64,000 nucleotides of DNA from Dehalococcoidia bacterium (GCA_034432935.1 DAOUBD010000054.1:52-64051), one strand, 5' to 3'. Positions 18,458 to 28,082 are shown, counted from the stretch's first letter. Program-made: numbers and translations. Notes: generated by a model not told the origin, from the sequence alone.

Positions 18458-19408
18458 ATGTTGGGTCACCACGCGGATCAGCCCTTCGACTCGCCCCACC
18501 ACATCTTCGAGGTGCTGTGGGATGGACTTCGGGCCCTCGCCTCCCTTCAGGGGGGAACCATCCGGTTGCGGGGCCGTTACGGGCGTGACTTGACGCCCCT
18601 GTTCCCGGAGATCGTCCGTGCCGCAGCGGGGTTGACGGTGGACGCCGTCGTGGACGGGGCCATCGTAGCCCTCGACGGCGATGGCCGCCCTGCCTTCGGC
18701 CCTCTGGCGGCAAGGCTGATGGCTGGGGAGCCGGACGGGCCGCCGGCGGGGTTCCGCGTGGCCTTCCATGCCTTCGATATCCTGAGCTTTCAAGGGAGGC
18801 CGGTGGTGGACCTGGCCCTAGTCCGCAGGAAAGAGATCTTGCGCCGGGCCGTCAGGGGAGGCGGGATCATCTACGCTCCCGATTTCGTGACGGGGGAAGG
18901 GCTCCTGCTCTTCGAGGCGGCCCGGGCCTTCGGGGTCGATGGCATAGTGGCAAAGGACCTGCGGAGCCCTTACCTGCCAGGCGTTCGGAGCAGCCGATGG
19001 CTGGTGATCAGCCCCGTGCGGCGCAGCCGATTCGTTATCGCAGGCTACACCTACGGCGGCCGCTGGACGGGGCGCCACACCTCACGGGCGGAGGGCCCTT
19101 TCTCCTCCCTTCTCCTGGGCGCGTGGGACGGTCCCGGCCAGTTGCGATACGTGGGGGAGGTCACTGGGGCCTTTGCCGATGCGGCGCCCGCCATCGCCCG
19201 GCAGTTGGAGCCCCTGACAACGCGCCAGTGTCCCTTCCCTCAGGAGCCGGACGTCCGTCGCCTGGTCTTCTGGTGCCAGCCGTCCCTGTGCGCCCGCGTA
19301 CGCTTCGCCGGATGGAACCCAGACCGCACGCTTCGCTTCCCGATCTTCGAAGCTTTGCGCCCGGACGTGCCGGTCTCGGCCTGCCGATTGGAAGACGCCG
19401 GCGGATAA
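18458..19408 (+). CDS. ATP-dependent DNA ligase-domain paralog with substituted catalytic motifs (probably ligase-dead)
   Basis: Aligns along its whole length with the LigD ligase domain in this window, but motif I KxDG is LWDG, motif III DGEIV is DGAIV, and motif V WLKVKK is WLVISP. Motif IV (DGIVAK) and the OB-fold CPFxxEP are retained. ATG 18458 has an SD; an alternative ATG lies at 18347. Confidence 0.65.
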   Translation: MLGHHADQPFDSPHHIFEVLWDGLRALASLQGGTIRLRGRYGRDLTPLFPEIVRAAAGLTVDAVVDGAIVALDGDGRPAFGPLAARLMAGEPDGPPAGFRVAFHAFDILSFQGRPVVDLALVRRKEILRRAVRGGGIIYAPDFVTGEGLLLFEAARAFGVDGIVAKDLRSPYLPGVRSSRWLVISPVRRSRFVIAGYTYGGRWTGRHTSRAEGPFSSLLLGAWDGPGQLRYVGEVTGAFADAAPAIARQLEPLTTRQCPFPQEPDVRRLVFWCQPSLCARVRFAGWNPDRTLRFPIFEALRPDVPVSACRLEDAGG

Positions 19409-19422
19409 GCCCAGCACAAGCC

Positions 19423-22158
19423 TCAGCCAAGAGCCCCCTGGTCCGCGGCCTCCAGACTCGGGGATGCCGGCTCGGCCAGGAGCCCGGCTAGGTCGTGCTT
19501 CTCCTCCAGAATGCGGGCCCACAGGTCGCCTGCGTCCTCCAGGCGCGCTGGCGCCGTAACGATGGTGAAGTCCGCTGGGTGTGCGTTCGCCAACTCGTCC
19601 CACCGTAGGGGCATGGAGACGGAGGCCTCAGGCGTAGCCCGAGGCGAGTAGACCGATGCCAGGGTCTTGCCGCGGGCGTTCTGGTTATGGTCGTAGAACA
19701 CCTTGCCCCGCCGCTTCGCCACGGTCCATTCCATGGTCACATCCCGGGGATGCGCCCGCACCAGGAACCTCCCCAGGGTCTCGGCCACCGCTCTAGCGGC
19801 ATCGTAGTCGAGCCGCCGCTGGATGGGCACATAGACGTGGAGACCTGCGCGGCCCGAGGTCTTGAGGAAGGAAGACAGGGAGAGGGAGTCGAGGAGCTCC
19901 TTCAGGTAGAGGGCCACCTCGCAGGTTTTGGCGAAGGCCTTCCGGCTCGCCCCCGGCTCACCCGGTTGGGCAACGTACGGATCGAGGTCGAAGACGATGA
20001 AATCGGGGTAGTTCAGGAGGGAACCTCGGATCTTCTCCTCGGAACCAGCGAACTCCAGAGAGAGGTGATAGCCGTCTGGTTCCGGGTCGATCCGGGAGTA
20101 CCAGGTATGCAGCTCCAGCGTTCCCATTTGCCCTAACCAGAGGAGAGTAGGGAGGTTGTTGCACATCAGGTAATCGCCGTCGCCAGCGTTGGAGTCCGAC
20201 CAGAGACGGACGGTGGCCACAAATTCCGGCAGAGGCGCATCCCAGTGCTTCTGGTAGAAGCCCTCGCCGCGGATCCCATCGGGGTAGCGAGCCAGGGTGA
20301 GGGGCCTGTTCCGCAGGTGAGACAAGATGTAGGGGGAGACGCGGGCCAGGTAGGCGAGGAGGTCCCGCTTGGTCAAGGCGGGCCGGCCGTCCAGAGCTGG
20401 CCACATCTCCTTGTCCAGGTTGGTGAGGCTGATCTCGTAGCCTTCGACCCGCAGCGCCAGCTCGCCGGCGGGACGTGCGAGTTGCTCTAGCACGCCATGC
20501 ACCGTCTGGGCAGGAAGGCTATGTACGGCTCCAGGAGGCGGCGGTACCGGGGCCTCCCTGCGGACCTCCGCCGGCGCCTTATCCTCCCGCAAGCCAACGA
20601 AGACGGGTGAGCGCAGGCGGCCATCCGGCGTCCACTGGGCGAAGCGCACGCGGGCCACCAGTTTCGGCCTGACCCAGGTCGTAGGGGCGTTCAGCGGCGG
20701 CTCCTCAGCGAAGGGGCACTCCTCGGCCCGGAGGCGATCGAGGCGCTGACGTAGCGACGCCAGCGCTGAGTCATCGAAGCCGGCGCCCACGTGTCCGGCG
20801 TAGGTCAGGCGGCCATCCTCGTAGTAACCTAGCAGAAGGGCGCCGAAGGAGCCTGCCCGGCTACCTGCGCCAGCGCTGTAGCCTCCGATGACGAACTCGT
20901 CCTCCAGCGTCTTCTTGACCTTGAGCCAGGCGCGGGAGCGACGGCCCGCCTCGTAAAGGCTGTCCTTGCGCTTGGCGACGACACCCTCGAAACCGAGGGC
21001 GACTGCGGCCTCGTAGGCCTCTTCCCCATCCTCCTCGAAGTGCTCGAGAAGGCGCACCCCGTTCCGCGGGGCAAGTAGGGCAGACAAGAGCGCCTTGCGC
21101 TGCCAGAGGGGCGCGGCGCATAGATCCCAGCCCTCGGCGTAGAGAAGATCGAAGACGTAATAGACGACCGGTATTGCGGATTCGGCGCGCTGGATGTCGG
21201 CCGGGCGGGTGAGGCCCAAGCGCTGCTGGAGAAGATGGAAGGAAGGTACGCCGCGCTCATCCAAGGCGACGATCTCGCCGTCCAACACCAGGCTGCCCGC
21301 GGGTTGCTGGGCCAGCTCCCCCGCCAGAGACGGGTACTGAGCTGCCATGTCCAGGCCGCGACGGGAGAGGAGCCGCACCCGGCCATCGGCGACAATCGCT
21401 ATGGCCCTCACACCATCCAGCTTCGGCTCGAAGAACCAGCCCGGGGCCGAGAAGGGCCCCTCGGCCAGGGTGGCGAGCATCGGCTTCACGGCCAGGCGCA
21501 AGGGAGCCTGCCGGGCACCAGCCGCGTCCTGGGGGCGCACGATGAGCCGCTGGCCCCTGGGCGGCATGTGGCCCGCCTTCAGGTCCTCGATGGTGAGCCC
21601 GGACAGCACCGAGCGTTCCCGCGTCAGGACATCCTCGTCGCTAGTGGCGAAGGCATCGCGGTGCTTAATGAGCAGCCACTGGTTCTCGCCACGCCGCGTG
21701 CGCACCAGCGCCCAAGAGCCCTTCAACTTCTGGCCGCGGAGGAACAAGGAGAGCTTGCCCGCCTCCAGCCCTTCTCTGACTCGTCGCTCGGCCTCCCCGC
21801 GGTCATGGAACCAGAGCTGGCCGTCCTCTTCCGGGGAGTAGGTTCCGGCGTCCCAGACGATGACCTCGCCCGCGCCGTACTCGCCTCTGGGTATAACGCC
21901 CTCGAAGGAGGCATACTCCAGCGGGTGGTCCTCCACCATCATCGCCAAGCGCCGGCCCTTGGGGTCAAGGGAAGGGCCTTTCGGGATCGGCCACGATTTC
22001 AGGACGCCATCAACCTCCAGCCGGAAGTCGTAGTGCAGGCGCCTGGCGTTGTGCTTCTGGATAACGAAGATGAGGGGCCCCTCGGACGGCGCGCGCCCTT
22101 TGGGAGGCGGCTCCGGGGTGCGTTCGAAGTCCCTCTTCTGCTGGTACTCGTACAGCAT
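19423..22158 (-). CDS. ligD: multifunctional NHEJ DNA ligase LigD (phosphoesterase - ligase - polymerase order)
   Basis: N-terminal PE domain (KRDFERTPEP..FVIQKHNARRLHYDFRLE), ligase motifs (EPKLDGVR, EGVVAK, WLKVKK), C-terminal LigD polymerase/primase domain; start at ATG 22158 (MLYEYQQ). Confidence 0.9.
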   Translation of the reverse strand: MLYEYQQKRDFERTPEPPPKGRAPSEGPLIFVIQKHNARRLHYDFRLEVDGVLKSWPIPKGPSLDPKGRRLAMMVEDHPLEYASFEGVIPRGEYGAGEVIVWDAGTYSPEEDGQLWFHDRGEAERRVREGLEAGKLSLFLRGQKLKGSWALVRTRRGENQWLLIKHRDAFATSDEDVLTRERSVLSGLTIEDLKAGHMPPRGQRLIVRPQDAAGARQAPLRLAVKPMLATLAEGPFSAPGWFFEPKLDGVRAIAIVADGRVRLLSRRGLDMAAQYPSLAGELAQQPAGSLVLDGEIVALDERGVPSFHLLQQRLGLTRPADIQRAESAIPVVYYVFDLLYAEGWDLCAAPLWQRKALLSALLAPRNGVRLLEHFEEDGEEAYEAAVALGFEGVVAKRKDSLYEAGRRSRAWLKVKKTLEDEFVIGGYSAGAGSRAGSFGALLLGYYEDGRLTYAGHVGAGFDDSALASLRQRLDRLRAEECPFAEEPPLNAPTTWVRPKLVARVRFAQWTPDGRLRSPVFVGLREDKAPAEVRREAPVPPPPGAVHSLPAQTVHGVLEQLARPAGELALRVEGYEISLTNLDKEMWPALDGRPALTKRDLLAYLARVSPYILSHLRNRPLTLARYPDGIRGEGFYQKHWDAPLPEFVATVRLWSDSNAGDGDYLMCNNLPTLLWLGQMGTLELHTWYSRIDPEPDGYHLSLEFAGSEEKIRGSLLNYPDFIVFDLDPYVAQPGEPGASRKAFAKTCEVALYLKELLDSLSLSSFLKTSGRAGLHVYVPIQRRLDYDAARAVAETLGRFLVRAHPRDVTMEWTVAKRRGKVFYDHNQNARGKTLASVYSPRATPEASVSMPLRWDELANAHPADFTIVTAPARLEDAGDLWARILEEKHDLAGLLAEPASPSLEAADQGALG

Positions 22159-22192
22159 CCACCCCCAATTATGGCACCCCGGGGCCGGTTTA

Positions 22193-22215
22193 TGTGGATT
22201 TGTGGACGCTGTGGA
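22193..22215. promoter_or_regulatory. three direct TGTGGA repeats (spacing 8-9 bp) 35-57 nt upstream of the ligD start
   Basis: aTGTGGAtt TGTGGAcgc TGTGGAtaa read directly; candidate regulator-binding array or promoter element. Confidence 0.3.
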
Positions 22216-22515
22216 TAAATGGGTTGCCGGGCTGGGCAGCCGCAAGAGACAATGCAGGCGCTTCCCGACCCGATCCGCAGCGGTCCAGGAAGAAGGGACT
22301 CGCCGGGAGCCACGGGCGACCGAAAGCCCCGGCCGAGACCTGGAACCCAGAAGCCGCCGCGGTTCAAAGCGGGAAGCTTTTCTTTTGGAGCGCCGGGTTG
22401 AAGGGGCTCACGCTGGCATAAGGCTCCCGTCCCCTAGCCGAGAGGGTCCTCCTTTGCTATTGTGAATGTGTCCCGAAAGTTAGTCCCAAACCTATCGCGA
22501 AGGGGGCGAAACAGA

Positions 22516-23010
22516 ATGGGCACGCTCCTGCGAACGCTTCTGGCACTCGGTGCGTCTCTGGCCCTCATATCGGCGGTGGCGTGCGGCGGCGGCGAAGAGG
22601 CCACCCCTACGCCAACGAGGGCCGCGACTACAGCGCCTGCGGCCACGGCGACGGCCACCAAAGCCGCCACGCCAGTTGCGGGCACAAGTAGCCCCGCGGC
22701 CGTCACCCTGAAGATAGCCTCTGTGGCGCCCAACCCGGCGAAGGTCGGCGATAAGGTGACCATCACCTTTAATACCCAGCCCGGGAACGTCATCGGCCTC
22801 CAGGTAACGGCGCCCAACGGGCAGATCGCTATTCAAACGCAGCTCACGGCCGGCGGGGACGGCACCGCCACCCTCGATCAGGTGGTGAACACGCCAGGGA
22901 CCTGGAAGGTCGAGGCGGCGGCCGGACGGACGGTTGCCGACCTGTTGGCGCTGCAACTGAACCCGGTGCCCGGCCCGCATTCGGACGACGCCACCTTCGA
23001 GGTGCAGTAG
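22516..23010 (+). CDS. lipoprotein (signal peptide with lipobox VACGG), T/A-rich linker, beta-rich domain
   Basis: MGTLLRTLLALGASLALISAVAC lipobox; 164 aa from ATG 22516. Confidence 0.5.
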   Translation: MGTLLRTLLALGASLALISAVACGGGEEATPTPTRAATTAPAATATATKAATPVAGTSSPAAVTLKIASVAPNPAKVGDKVTITFNTQPGNVIGLQVTAPNGQIAIQTQLTAGGDGTATLDQVVNTPGTWKVEAAAGRTVADLLALQLNPVPGPHSDDATFEVQ

Positions 23011-23019
23011 CAGAGGGGC

Positions 23020-23721
23020 TCAGCGGGGCGGCTGCGCAGCCGGCGCAGTACCCTCGACGATACGTCCATCCTTCATCCAGACGATGCGGTCCGCCGTGGC
23101 CGCCACGTTCATATCGTGCGTCACCAAGAGAATGGTGACGTGGCGGCTCTCGCGTATGCTGCGGAAGAGGGCCAAGACCTTCTCCGCCGCCGCCGAGTCC
23201 AGGTTGCCCGTAGGCTCGTCGGCCAAGAGGATGGAGGGGTCGTTGGCCAGGGCCCTGGCGATGGCCAGCCTTTGCCGCTCGCCGCCCGAGAGGCGGGGGG
23301 GCTGGAACTTCTCCTTGGCCGACAGCCCCACCGCAGCCAGGAGCTCCCGCGCCTTCTCCCTCTGTTCCCGGTGGCTCATGCCGTTGCTGAACATGGCGAT
23401 GGCCACGTTCTCCAAGGCGTTCAGGTGGGGCAGGAGGTTATGTAGCTGGAAGACGAGGCCCACCTCCGTGCGCCGGAAGCGGTCGTCCCCGGCCTCCCGC
23501 AGGTCCTTGCCGTTGACCAAGATGGTGCCAGCGGTCGGCACATCCAGCGCCGCAACGAGGTGCAGCAGGGTGGACTTGCCGCAGCCCGATGGCCCGGTGA
23601 TGGCCACGAACTCTCCCCGCTTTACCGTGAGATTGACCCCATCTAGGGCCCTGACGATGCCGCCATCGAACAGCTTGACCACGTTCCTCAGCTCGATGGC
23701 AGGCGGGGCACTATCACTCAT
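23020..23721 (-). CDS. ABC transporter ATP-binding protein (MacB/LolD family)
   Basis: GPSGCGKST Walker A, LSGGERQRLAIARAL signature, LLADEPTGNLD Walker B. Confidence 0.85.
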   Translation of the reverse strand: MSDSAPPAIELRNVVKLFDGGIVRALDGVNLTVKRGEFVAITGPSGCGKSTLLHLVAALDVPTAGTILVNGKDLREAGDDRFRRTEVGLVFQLHNLLPHLNALENVAIAMFSNGMSHREQREKARELLAAVGLSAKEKFQPPRLSGGERQRLAIARALANDPSILLADEPTGNLDSAAAEKVLALFRSIRESRHVTILLVTHDMNVAATADRIVWMKDGRIVEGTAPAAQPPR

Positions 23722-24832
23722 GCCGTAGCGCCTCGAGGGGCTTCAGCAAGGCGGCCCTGAGGGCCGGGTAAAGGGCCCCGATGAAGGCCATGCCGATGGC
23801 GATGCCCAGAGCGCGCCCGAAGACATCCCCGGGGTAGTCAGGTTGAAAGACGCCGACCAGGTCAGGGACCTCCCGGATCAGTTGGATGGCGACGAGACCG
23901 GCGAGAAGCCCGACGCCAGCGCCGGCCAAGGCGATGAGCACGGCCTCGCCCATGACCAGGGCCAGGACCCGGAAGCGGCTCCACCCAACTGCCCGCATGA
24001 CGCCAAACTCGCGGGTGCGTTCGAAGACGGACATGACGGTGGTGTTCATTACGCCGATAGCGCCGATGACCAAGGCCAGGATGGAGGCCCCCACGTTGGC
24101 TGCGCTGATGAGCTTCAGGTTGCGGTCTATGCGGCCGAACTCGGACTCCGTCCGCACCGTGGCCATCTCCGGATTGTCCTTGTCGATCTTGCTACGCAAA
24201 GCGTCGACATCGACGCCAGGCTTGACCCGAACGAAGATCAGGGTTACGTTCCCCGGCTTCCGCTCCATAGCCTGGAGCGTAACCAGAGGGAGCATAGAGG
24301 CGGAGTCCCCGAAGACCTGGCCGGTCTGGAAGATCCCAACTACCTTGAACTCCTGGTCTTCGATCTTCAGCGTGTCGCCCACCGATTTCCCGAGATCCCT
24401 CGCCGCCCGGTAGCCCAGCATGATCTCGTCTTGCGCTGTCGCGCCGTAGGCCCGGCCGTCCACCACCTGGACGCCGAAGGGCTCTAGGTGCTCCGGCGGC
24501 ATGCCTAGCTCCAGGAAAAAGGGGTGCTCCTTGTCCAACTCCACGACGGCGATAAGCACCCCGACGGCGCTCTCCACCTCCGGGTAGGAGGCGATGCGTC
24601 TCAACTGCTCCTCGTCAAGCGAGCTGTAGAGCACATCGGAGACGCCCTTCTGGCCGATGGTGAAGTCGGCGGAGCCGGTGCGCAAGATGGAGATGGCGGT
24701 CTGGCGCAGGCTGAAGGTAAGGACCCCCAGGGCGAAGACCGTCATGATGGCGATGGCGACCCCTCCGCCGGTGAGGGCTGACCGGACCTTGCGGGTGAAG
24801 ACGTTCCGGACTATCAGCCAGAGAAAGGACAT
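23714..24832 (-). CDS. ABC transporter permease, FtsX/MacB-like with periplasmic domain
   Basis: 372 aa; N-terminal TM, large extracytoplasmic domain, C-terminal 3 TM; overlaps the ATPase gene by 8 nt. Confidence 0.75.
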   Translation of the reverse strand: MSFLWLIVRNVFTRKVRSALTGGGVAIAIMTVFALGVLTFSLRQTAISILRTGSADFTIGQKGVSDVLYSSLDEEQLRRIASYPEVESAVGVLIAVVELDKEHPFFLELGMPPEHLEPFGVQVVDGRAYGATAQDEIMLGYRAARDLGKSVGDTLKIEDQEFKVVGIFQTGQVFGDSASMLPLVTLQAMERKPGNVTLIFVRVKPGVDVDALRSKIDKDNPEMATVRTESEFGRIDRNLKLISAANVGASILALVIGAIGVMNTTVMSVFERTREFGVMRAVGWSRFRVLALVMGEAVLIALAGAGVGLLAGLVAIQLIREVPDLVGVFQPDYPGDVFGRALGIAIGMAFIGALYPALRAALLKPLEALRHE

Positions 24833-24930
24833 CTGCCGGTCCTGTTGTCAAAGTCTGTCTGGGCGGCGATATGCACTCTGGAGTGTCTAAACGCTGGCCG
24901 CGGGCTTGGGTTAACCGTGGGCGCCAGCAG

Positions 24931-25758
24931 CTAGCCGGCGGCCGCCCTGGTCCGCCTCTCCGGCCGCGCCGTCCGGGGCTTCCTCTCCTCCTGGCGTTTC
25001 TTCTTGGCGGCCTCCACACTGGCCCTGAGGGCCGTCATGATGTCAGTGACCTTGGCGGCCTGGGGCACGGCGGCCTCACGCACCTCTTGCCCTTCGAGCT
25101 TGGCTTGGATCACCTCCATCAGGGCCTCCCGGTACTCATCCCGGTACTTGGAGGGGTCGAACTCTTCGGACAAGAGGTCGATGAGGGTGAAGGCCATGGC
25201 CAGTTCCTTTTCGGAGACCTCTACCTCCGGCAGCGCTGGCGCCTCCCGGATCTCGTCAGGATAGTACAGGGTTTCCAGCACCAGCGCGCCGTCCACGGGC
25301 CGAAGGGCGCATAGCTGCTCCTTGTTGCGAATGGCGATCTTGGCCAGCCCCGTTAGGCCCTTCTCCCGCAACGCTCGCAGCAGCAGGGCGAAGGGCTTGG
25401 CGCCCTTGGCCTCGGGTTCCAGGTAGTACGTCCGTTCATAGAAGATGGGATCGATCTCCTGCGAGCGGACGAAGGCGGTCAACTCCACGGTCTGCTTGCT
25501 GGGCAGGGGCAGCTTGGCGAAGTCCTCTTCGGTTACCACGATGTATTCGCCCTTGGCATACTCGTACCCCCGGACGACCTCGTCCCACTCCACCGCCCGC
25601 TCATGGGTGGGGCACCATCGCAGCTGCTTGAGGCGCGCGCCGCAATCCTTGTGTAGTTGGTTGAAAGATATGTCCTTGCTCTCCGTAGCTGCATAAAGCT
25701 TTACCGGGATGCTCACCATCCCAAAGCTGATCACGCCGTTCCAGATCGATCGCGGCAT
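24931..25758 (-). CDS. ku: NHEJ DNA end-binding protein Ku
   Basis: MPRSIWNGVISFGMVSIPVKLYAA.. matches the bacterial Ku core; basic C-terminal tail; start at ATG 25758. Confidence 0.9.
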   Translation of the reverse strand: MPRSIWNGVISFGMVSIPVKLYAATESKDISFNQLHKDCGARLKQLRWCPTHERAVEWDEVVRGYEYAKGEYIVVTEEDFAKLPLPSKQTVELTAFVRSQEIDPIFYERTYYLEPEAKGAKPFALLLRALREKGLTGLAKIAIRNKEQLCALRPVDGALVLETLYYPDEIREAPALPEVEVSEKELAMAFTLIDLLSEEFDPSKYRDEYREALMEVIQAKLEGQEVREAAVPQAAKVTDIMTALRASVEAAKKKRQEERKPRTARPERRTRAAAG

Positions 25759-25890
25759 CGCCGTTTTCCTTTCGAGGGCGCGCCTTCCGGGCCACCTGCG
25801 CCACCGATCTATCTTACCGCAACGTCGCACGCCGGCATACGGGCGCCCCATGGCCGCCCCGCTGCCTCGATTCCGGTTAGCGGCTATCAT

Positions 25891-25906
25891 GTAAACCGAA
25901 GTTTAC
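25891..25906. promoter_or_regulatory. perfect inverted repeat GTAAAC-CGAA-GTTTAC immediately upstream of the HD-gene SD, in the Ku/HD divergent region
   Basis: Read directly; preceded by TATCAT (-10-like); AAGGAG SD at 25911; ATG at 25923. Confidence 0.35.
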
Positions 25907-25922
25907 GCTGAAGGAGCCGAGC

Positions 25923-26489
25923 ATGAAGCGAGAAGAGGCCTGGCAGATCCTCTGCGAGTACACGAAGACGGAACCGCTGCGCAAACACGCCTTGGCCGTA
26001 GAGGCTGCCATGCGCGCCTACGCCCGCAAGTTCGGGGAGGACGAGGAGACATGGGCGGCCACGGGCCTATTGCACGACTTCGATTTCGAGATTCACCCCA
26101 ACCCTGAGGAGCACCCGGCCAAGGGCGCCGAGATCCTGCGGGCCCGGGGCGTCCCCGAGGATATCGTTCACGCCGTTCTCTGCCATGCAGACTACATGGA
26201 TGTGGAGCGCAGGACCCCCATGGACCGCGCCATTTACGCCGTCGACGAACTGGCCAGCTTCATCGTTGCCGTAGCCCTAGTGCGCCCCAACAAGAGCATC
26301 CACGAAGTGGACGTCGCGGCGGTGCGCAAGAAGATGAAGGACAAGGGGTTCGCGCGAGCGGTCAACCGGGAGGACATCGTCAAGGGCGCCGAGCAGTTGG
26401 GCGTGGACCTCGATGAGCACATCGCCTTCGTCATCGAGGCCCTGAAGCCGGCGGCTAGGGAGCTGGGGATCGCCGGCGATGCCGCCTGA
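25923..26489 (+). CDS. HD-domain phosphohydrolase
   Basis: LLHDFD and HADY motifs; 188 aa. Confidence 0.7.
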   Translation: MKREEAWQILCEYTKTEPLRKHALAVEAAMRAYARKFGEDEETWAATGLLHDFDFEIHPNPEEHPAKGAEILRARGVPEDIVHAVLCHADYMDVERRTPMDRAIYAVDELASFIVAVALVRPNKSIHEVDVAAVRKKMKDKGFARAVNREDIVKGAEQLGVDLDEHIAFVIEALKPAARELGIAGDAA

Positions 26490-26495
26490 GGCGCC

Positions 26496-27962
26496 TCAGG
26501 CGGCGGCCACCTTCCCGGGCGCCGGCCTCACCTCCGAGGGCTTCTCCTCGCAGGCAATGGCGCCGCCGATAGTTGCAGCCCGCAGCTCCAGGTAGGACTC
26601 GCGGAGCAGCTCGTTCACGCGGCCGACGTCGTCGCCGTTGGGGCCGTCGCCCTGGATGGTGAAGTAAAGCCGCTGGTTGTAGCTGGTGGCGGCGCAGCCA
26701 AGGCCCATCTCCCAGGGCAAGGGAGCGATGGCGTAGTGATCCAAGAGGCGATGGCCCACGGTGTAGAGGGGGATCATCGGCCCCGGCACGTTGGTGCAGA
26801 CCATGTTAGCAACCCAGTTGGGCAGCGGGCCCAGACTGGCGAAACCCGTCAGTAAGGGCATGGGCGCGCCCAGCAGCAGGTCGGCGATGGTCTCGACGCC
26901 GTCGGCGATGTTGTCCCTCTTCAGCCTCTCCATCCGCTCCTTTATCAGCTTCAGCCGCCCCACGGGGTCCACGCCGCTCATGGGCACTTCGACGAGGAGC
27001 ATGGAGATGCGGTTGCCCAGGGTGCCGCGCTCGTCGGCCCGCCGCACGTTGACGGGCACAACCACCCGCAGTTCACGGCCTTCGGTGGGCTCTCCCTTCT
27101 CCCTGAGGTAACGGGCCATGGCGCCGCCCAAGACGGCCAGGACGACGTCGTTCACCGTGGCGCCGGTGCCGCCGCGCATGGCCCGCACCTCTTCGAACGG
27201 GTACGAGCTGAAGGCAAGCCGCCGGTCACCGCGCATGGGACCGTTGAAAGGGGCCTTGAGGACCGGCCGCGTGAAGTAAGGGAAGGCCGCCTCGACGGCA
27301 CGGGTCACCGCATGTAGCCAGCCGTCGTCGTGGTCGGAGTCGAGGTCGACGAGACGGCGCTGCCACAGGCTCAGGCGATTCACGCTCTCCGATAGGCAAT
27401 CGAACAGGGCCTCGGCGAAGAGCTCCCCCGCGCTGGGCATGGGGGGAGGGTCGAAGGGCGGGGGCGGTGAGATCGCCGGCGGTTCGGGCGAGACGTCGAG
27501 GATCGCGACCAGTAGCTCGACGCCTCCTACACCATCGACCAAACAGTGGTGGACCTTGGAGATAACGGCCGTGCGCCCTTCCATGCCTTCCACAAAATGC
27601 ATCTCCCACAGCGGCTTGCTCCTGTCCAGCATCCCGCTGTAGATGCGACCCGCCAGCTCCGCCAGTTGCTGCTCAGTGCCTGGCGGATCGATGCGCACCC
27701 GCAACACGTGACGGCGGATGTCGAAGTCGGGATCGAACTCCCACGTCGGGCGCCCTATGTTGTACGGCGCCGGGACGACCACCTGGCGGCAGCGGGGCAC
27801 CAGATGGATCCTGGCAGCGATGTTCTCCAAGAACCGCTCGAAGGGGATCTCACCCTCGAAGACGGCCACGGAGCCGATGTTCATGGGGGACTCGGGGGTC
27901 TCTAAGGTCAGGAACGCGCTGTCTTCAGGGCTCAGCCGGCGGTTCAGTTTGGGGGTGAACAT
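26496..27962 (-). CDS. wax ester synthase/diacylglycerol acyltransferase (WS/DGAT)
   Basis: HHCLVDGVGG (HHxxxDG active-site motif); 488 aa. Confidence 0.8.
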   Translation of the reverse strand: MFTPKLNRRLSPEDSAFLTLETPESPMNIGSVAVFEGEIPFERFLENIAARIHLVPRCRQVVVPAPYNIGRPTWEFDPDFDIRRHVLRVRIDPPGTEQQLAELAGRIYSGMLDRSKPLWEMHFVEGMEGRTAVISKVHHCLVDGVGGVELLVAILDVSPEPPAISPPPPFDPPPMPSAGELFAEALFDCLSESVNRLSLWQRRLVDLDSDHDDGWLHAVTRAVEAAFPYFTRPVLKAPFNGPMRGDRRLAFSSYPFEEVRAMRGGTGATVNDVVLAVLGGAMARYLREKGEPTEGRELRVVVPVNVRRADERGTLGNRISMLLVEVPMSGVDPVGRLKLIKERMERLKRDNIADGVETIADLLLGAPMPLLTGFASLGPLPNWVANMVCTNVPGPMIPLYTVGHRLLDHYAIAPLPWEMGLGCAATSYNQRLYFTIQGDGPNGDDVGRVNELLRESYLELRAATIGGAIACEEKPSEVRPAPGKVAAA

Positions 27963-28082
27963 CCTGACCCTCCCGAGCTAGACTACGTCTTAGCCTAGCG
28001 CACGCAGCGTAGCTTGTGAAGGGCCAACCAGACATAAATGTGGAAAACCTGGGGTATCGGAGCCCTAATGCTGTCCCGGTGA

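Noticed and set aside
23084-23728. 214-aa plus-strand ORF over the ABC ATPase gene
   Set aside because: Antisense to Walker A/B and the ABC signature; Arg/Ser-rich low-complexity product.
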